Positions 62,339 through 64,000 of a stretch of 64,000 nt of DNA are shown piece by piece. The translations under genes and the position numbers were made by a program. Within the stretch, counting starts at the first letter, position 1. Every line of letters begins with the position of its first letter. Below the pieces are notes generated by a model. That model ran no database searches. It was not told where the DNA came from and was given only the letters and a program-made list of their open reading frames with translations. Source of the stretch: a virus (taxonomy: Duplodnaviria; Heunggongvirae; Uroviricota; Caudoviricetes); IMG/VR virus record IMGVR_UViG_3300017992_000015, positions 21,367 through 85,366 of that record; one strand, written 5' to 3'.

Positions 62339-63454
62339 TTACGTGTCAGCGGTTTCCCGGAAACGGATTCCGCGGAACTGCCGTACGGCGGTCGCAGCGG
62401 ACCGCGCATTGGCAGCCTCGTCTCGCACGCCTTGCAAACCGGCGGCCAGCTTGGCCCCGATCTCGGCATCCGAGTTCAGCTGTTTGACTTCGTGCTCGTT
62501 CAGCCGCGAACGCACTCGCTTGATTTCAGCGAGCAGCTCATCGCCGGCCAGGAATGAGAAGCCTTCGACCATTTCGAAGGCGCGCTCGACCTGTGCGATG
62601 GTGCCGTTCTGTACTATGCGTTTGGGATCTGTGAGAGCCTCCATCAGGTTATCAGTCGCGTCGACCAGCAGTTGGCGCGGTTCGCGAGCCATGTCCTCGA
62701 GCATCTGCTCGGTGAACTTGTTCATCTGCTCACGCGCCTCGCCGATCAGCTCAGCCGCCTCTTCGTCGGTGATCGCCGACGAGGTCAGCTGCGACTCGAT
62801 CTGGTCGAGCATGAGCGACGCCTCCTCGATATCGACGGCGAGTATGTCGTTTGCGTTTGGCAGCGCCCTTCGGAGGATGCTGCGCAGCAAATCGATCTGC
62901 TCACCGTTGATGTTGCTGCCGCCACCAGCAGGCACGATCGCCCAAGTAAGCCCGAATTTCGTTGCGATTTCCTGCTTACTCGGCATCTTGCCGGAGGCTT
63001 GGTCGTAGACCTCAACTGCGAGGTCATCTTTTAGATCCGCCAAGATCTGCTCGTAGTCGCTGACGAAGTCCTCCTGATAGCCCATCAGCTCCTCGCGGAG
63101 CGTACGGAATCCAGAGAACACGTCAGCGGCACGGGTGACTGGTAGCACAGCCATTCCGCGCGTGGCAAACTTGATGGATGCGTTTGAGAGGCGTGTTCGG
63201 GCGCGGTACTCGAGGTTGCCGAGGCGTTTGCTCCAGTCCTCAGGACAGAACTTGAACTTCGGGTCTGTCCGGTACTTCTCCTGAACCTCCTTCTCCTTGT
63301 CTTGGCTACCGCCGTTGGCAGGGACCGACACTTTGGCGTTGTCGATCTTGAAGCTCAACCGCGGCCACGAGACGTGTAGCATCACGATAAAAACGTGTCG
63401 CGAGATGTGTTGTAAAAGCTGTCCGCCTTCGTAGGCTTCGCCGTCAGTCGGCAT
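62339..63454 (-). CDS. Hypothetical protein (371 aa; start at Met20)
   Basis: C-terminus ...AVRQFRGIRFRETADT shares motif with neighbouring protein. Confidence 0.5.
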   Translation of the reverse strand: MPTDGEAYEGGQLLQHISRHVFIVMLHVSWPRLSFKIDNAKVSVPANGGSQDKEKEVQEKYRTDPKFKFCPEDWSKRLGNLEYRARTRLSNASIKFATRGMAVLPVTRAADVFSGFRTLREELMGYQEDFVSDYEQILADLKDDLAVEVYDQASGKMPSKQEIATKFGLTWAIVPAGGGSNINGEQIDLLRSILRRALPNANDILAVDIEEASLMLDQIESQLTSSAITDEEAAELIGEAREQMNKFTEQMLEDMAREPRQLLVDATDNLMEALTDPKRIVQNGTIAQVERAFEMVEGFSFLAGDELLAEIKRVRSRLNEHEVKQLNSDAEIGAKLAAGLQGVRDEAANARSAATAVRQFRGIRFRETADT

Positions 63455-63833
63455 TGTCTTCCTTCGGCATGGGCAGGTTTTGTGATTGAAGCCATTTGAT
63501 TTCAGAACCAATGGCCTGCTCGTAGTTTACAAACGGTCCCTGGATGGGGCCGTTGCATGGCGTAAGATCCGCCCAGAAGTAGTTCTGGATGTCCACGATC
63601 CGGGTCGACCCGAAGACGCGTGCGTGGGGCACGCCATTCTTCAAACGAACCAGTCGCGTCTCCAGAAGCAGCTTCTTAGCGTCGTCAGTGAGACTCGACC
63701 ACGTCTCCACGTGCGAGGCGCGGCGAGTATCAATCTTCTCGCCAGCAATAGCCTGGCCGATGCGCTCAGAGTTGGCATCAACCAGATGACGAACTGTGCC
63801 GTCTCCCTCAATGACGATTTCGACATTTGGCAT
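63444..63833 (-). CDS. Hypothetical protein (129 aa)
   Basis: 11-nt overlap with downstream gene. Confidence 0.45.
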   Translation of the reverse strand: MPNVEIVIEGDGTVRHLVDANSERIGQAIAGEKIDTRRASHVETWSSLTDDAKKLLLETRLVRLKNGVPHARVFGSTRIVDIQNYFWADLTPCNGPIQGPFVNYEQAIGSEIKWLQSQNLPMPKEDNAD

Positions 63834-64000
63834 GTCGTCCTCCTTGAATAGTAAAAGTCCCAGGGCCGGCTTCCCCTTTAAGCTGGGCCGTGTGCGGCTA
63901 TGATGGGCTCACACTTTGGCATGTATCCAACACCCCGGCTCCCGTCCAGACACTCACACCGACACAACTACGTGCGCGTCACGTGGGTGTAAGGCAGAGG

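Noticed and set aside
1-64000. Integrase/attP, transposase or other mobile-element boundaries; prophage ends
   Set aside because: No tyrosine/serine recombinase or transposase motifs were seen in any frame; the HNH genes are the only mobile-type elements; the window appears to be an internal segment of a lytic phage genome

Overview
This 64 kb window appears to be part of a lytic double-stranded-DNA phage genome (GC about 58–60%). Genes are tightly packed with ATGA/4-nt start-stop overlaps, ribosome-binding sites are AGGAGG-like and promoters look like σ70 promoters, which points to a Gram-negative, probably proteobacterial, host. No integrase, attP site or CRISPR array is visible.

Most genes lie on the minus strand. 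From left to right they form:
- a replication/recombination module (PolA with a fused UDG-like domain, a zinc-ribbon/TOPRIM primase, a DnaB-like helicase, an SF2 helicase, an SbcC/SbcD pair, a NAD-dependent ligase and RNase H);
- a regulatory/metabolic segment (a CsrA homologue on the plus strand, an HldE-type heptose kinase/adenylyltransferase, nucleoside diphosphate kinase and a σ70-family sigma factor);
- a short plus-strand early operon behind a strong σ70-like promoter that encodes nucleotide-pool enzymes (metallophosphoesterase, HAD 5'-deoxyribonucleotidase, MazG-like protein, P-loop dNMP-kinase-like protein, SPFH protein);
- an isolated plus-strand terminase large subunit;
- a minus-strand cluster of four tRNAs (Gln, Glu and two CAT anticodons) plus a tRNA-like 66-nt element, flanked by two opposed HNH-endonuclease paralogues;
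- a segment of unknown genes that includes a radical-SAM enzyme, two paralogous Cys-rich proteins, a 933-aa primase-zinc-finger protein, Lys-rich proteins and a hyper-acidic tract.

The most notable unannotated signals are:
- a 57-aa CsrA gene missed by the ≥60-aa ORF track;
- a four-copy conserved 16–22 bp inverted-repeat element (TTATTC-N4-GAATAA); the sbcD copy folds its Shine-Dalgarno into a GGA-loop hairpin, the other three loops lack GGA;
- a phage-borne HldE;
- several 400–500 bp non-coding islands with strong secondary structure.

High GC produces many shadow ORFs. Several starts were re-assigned to internal Met/Val codons with good Shine-Dalgarno sites. Coordinates of features called by hand (tRNAs, motifs, CsrA) may be off by ±1–2 nt.
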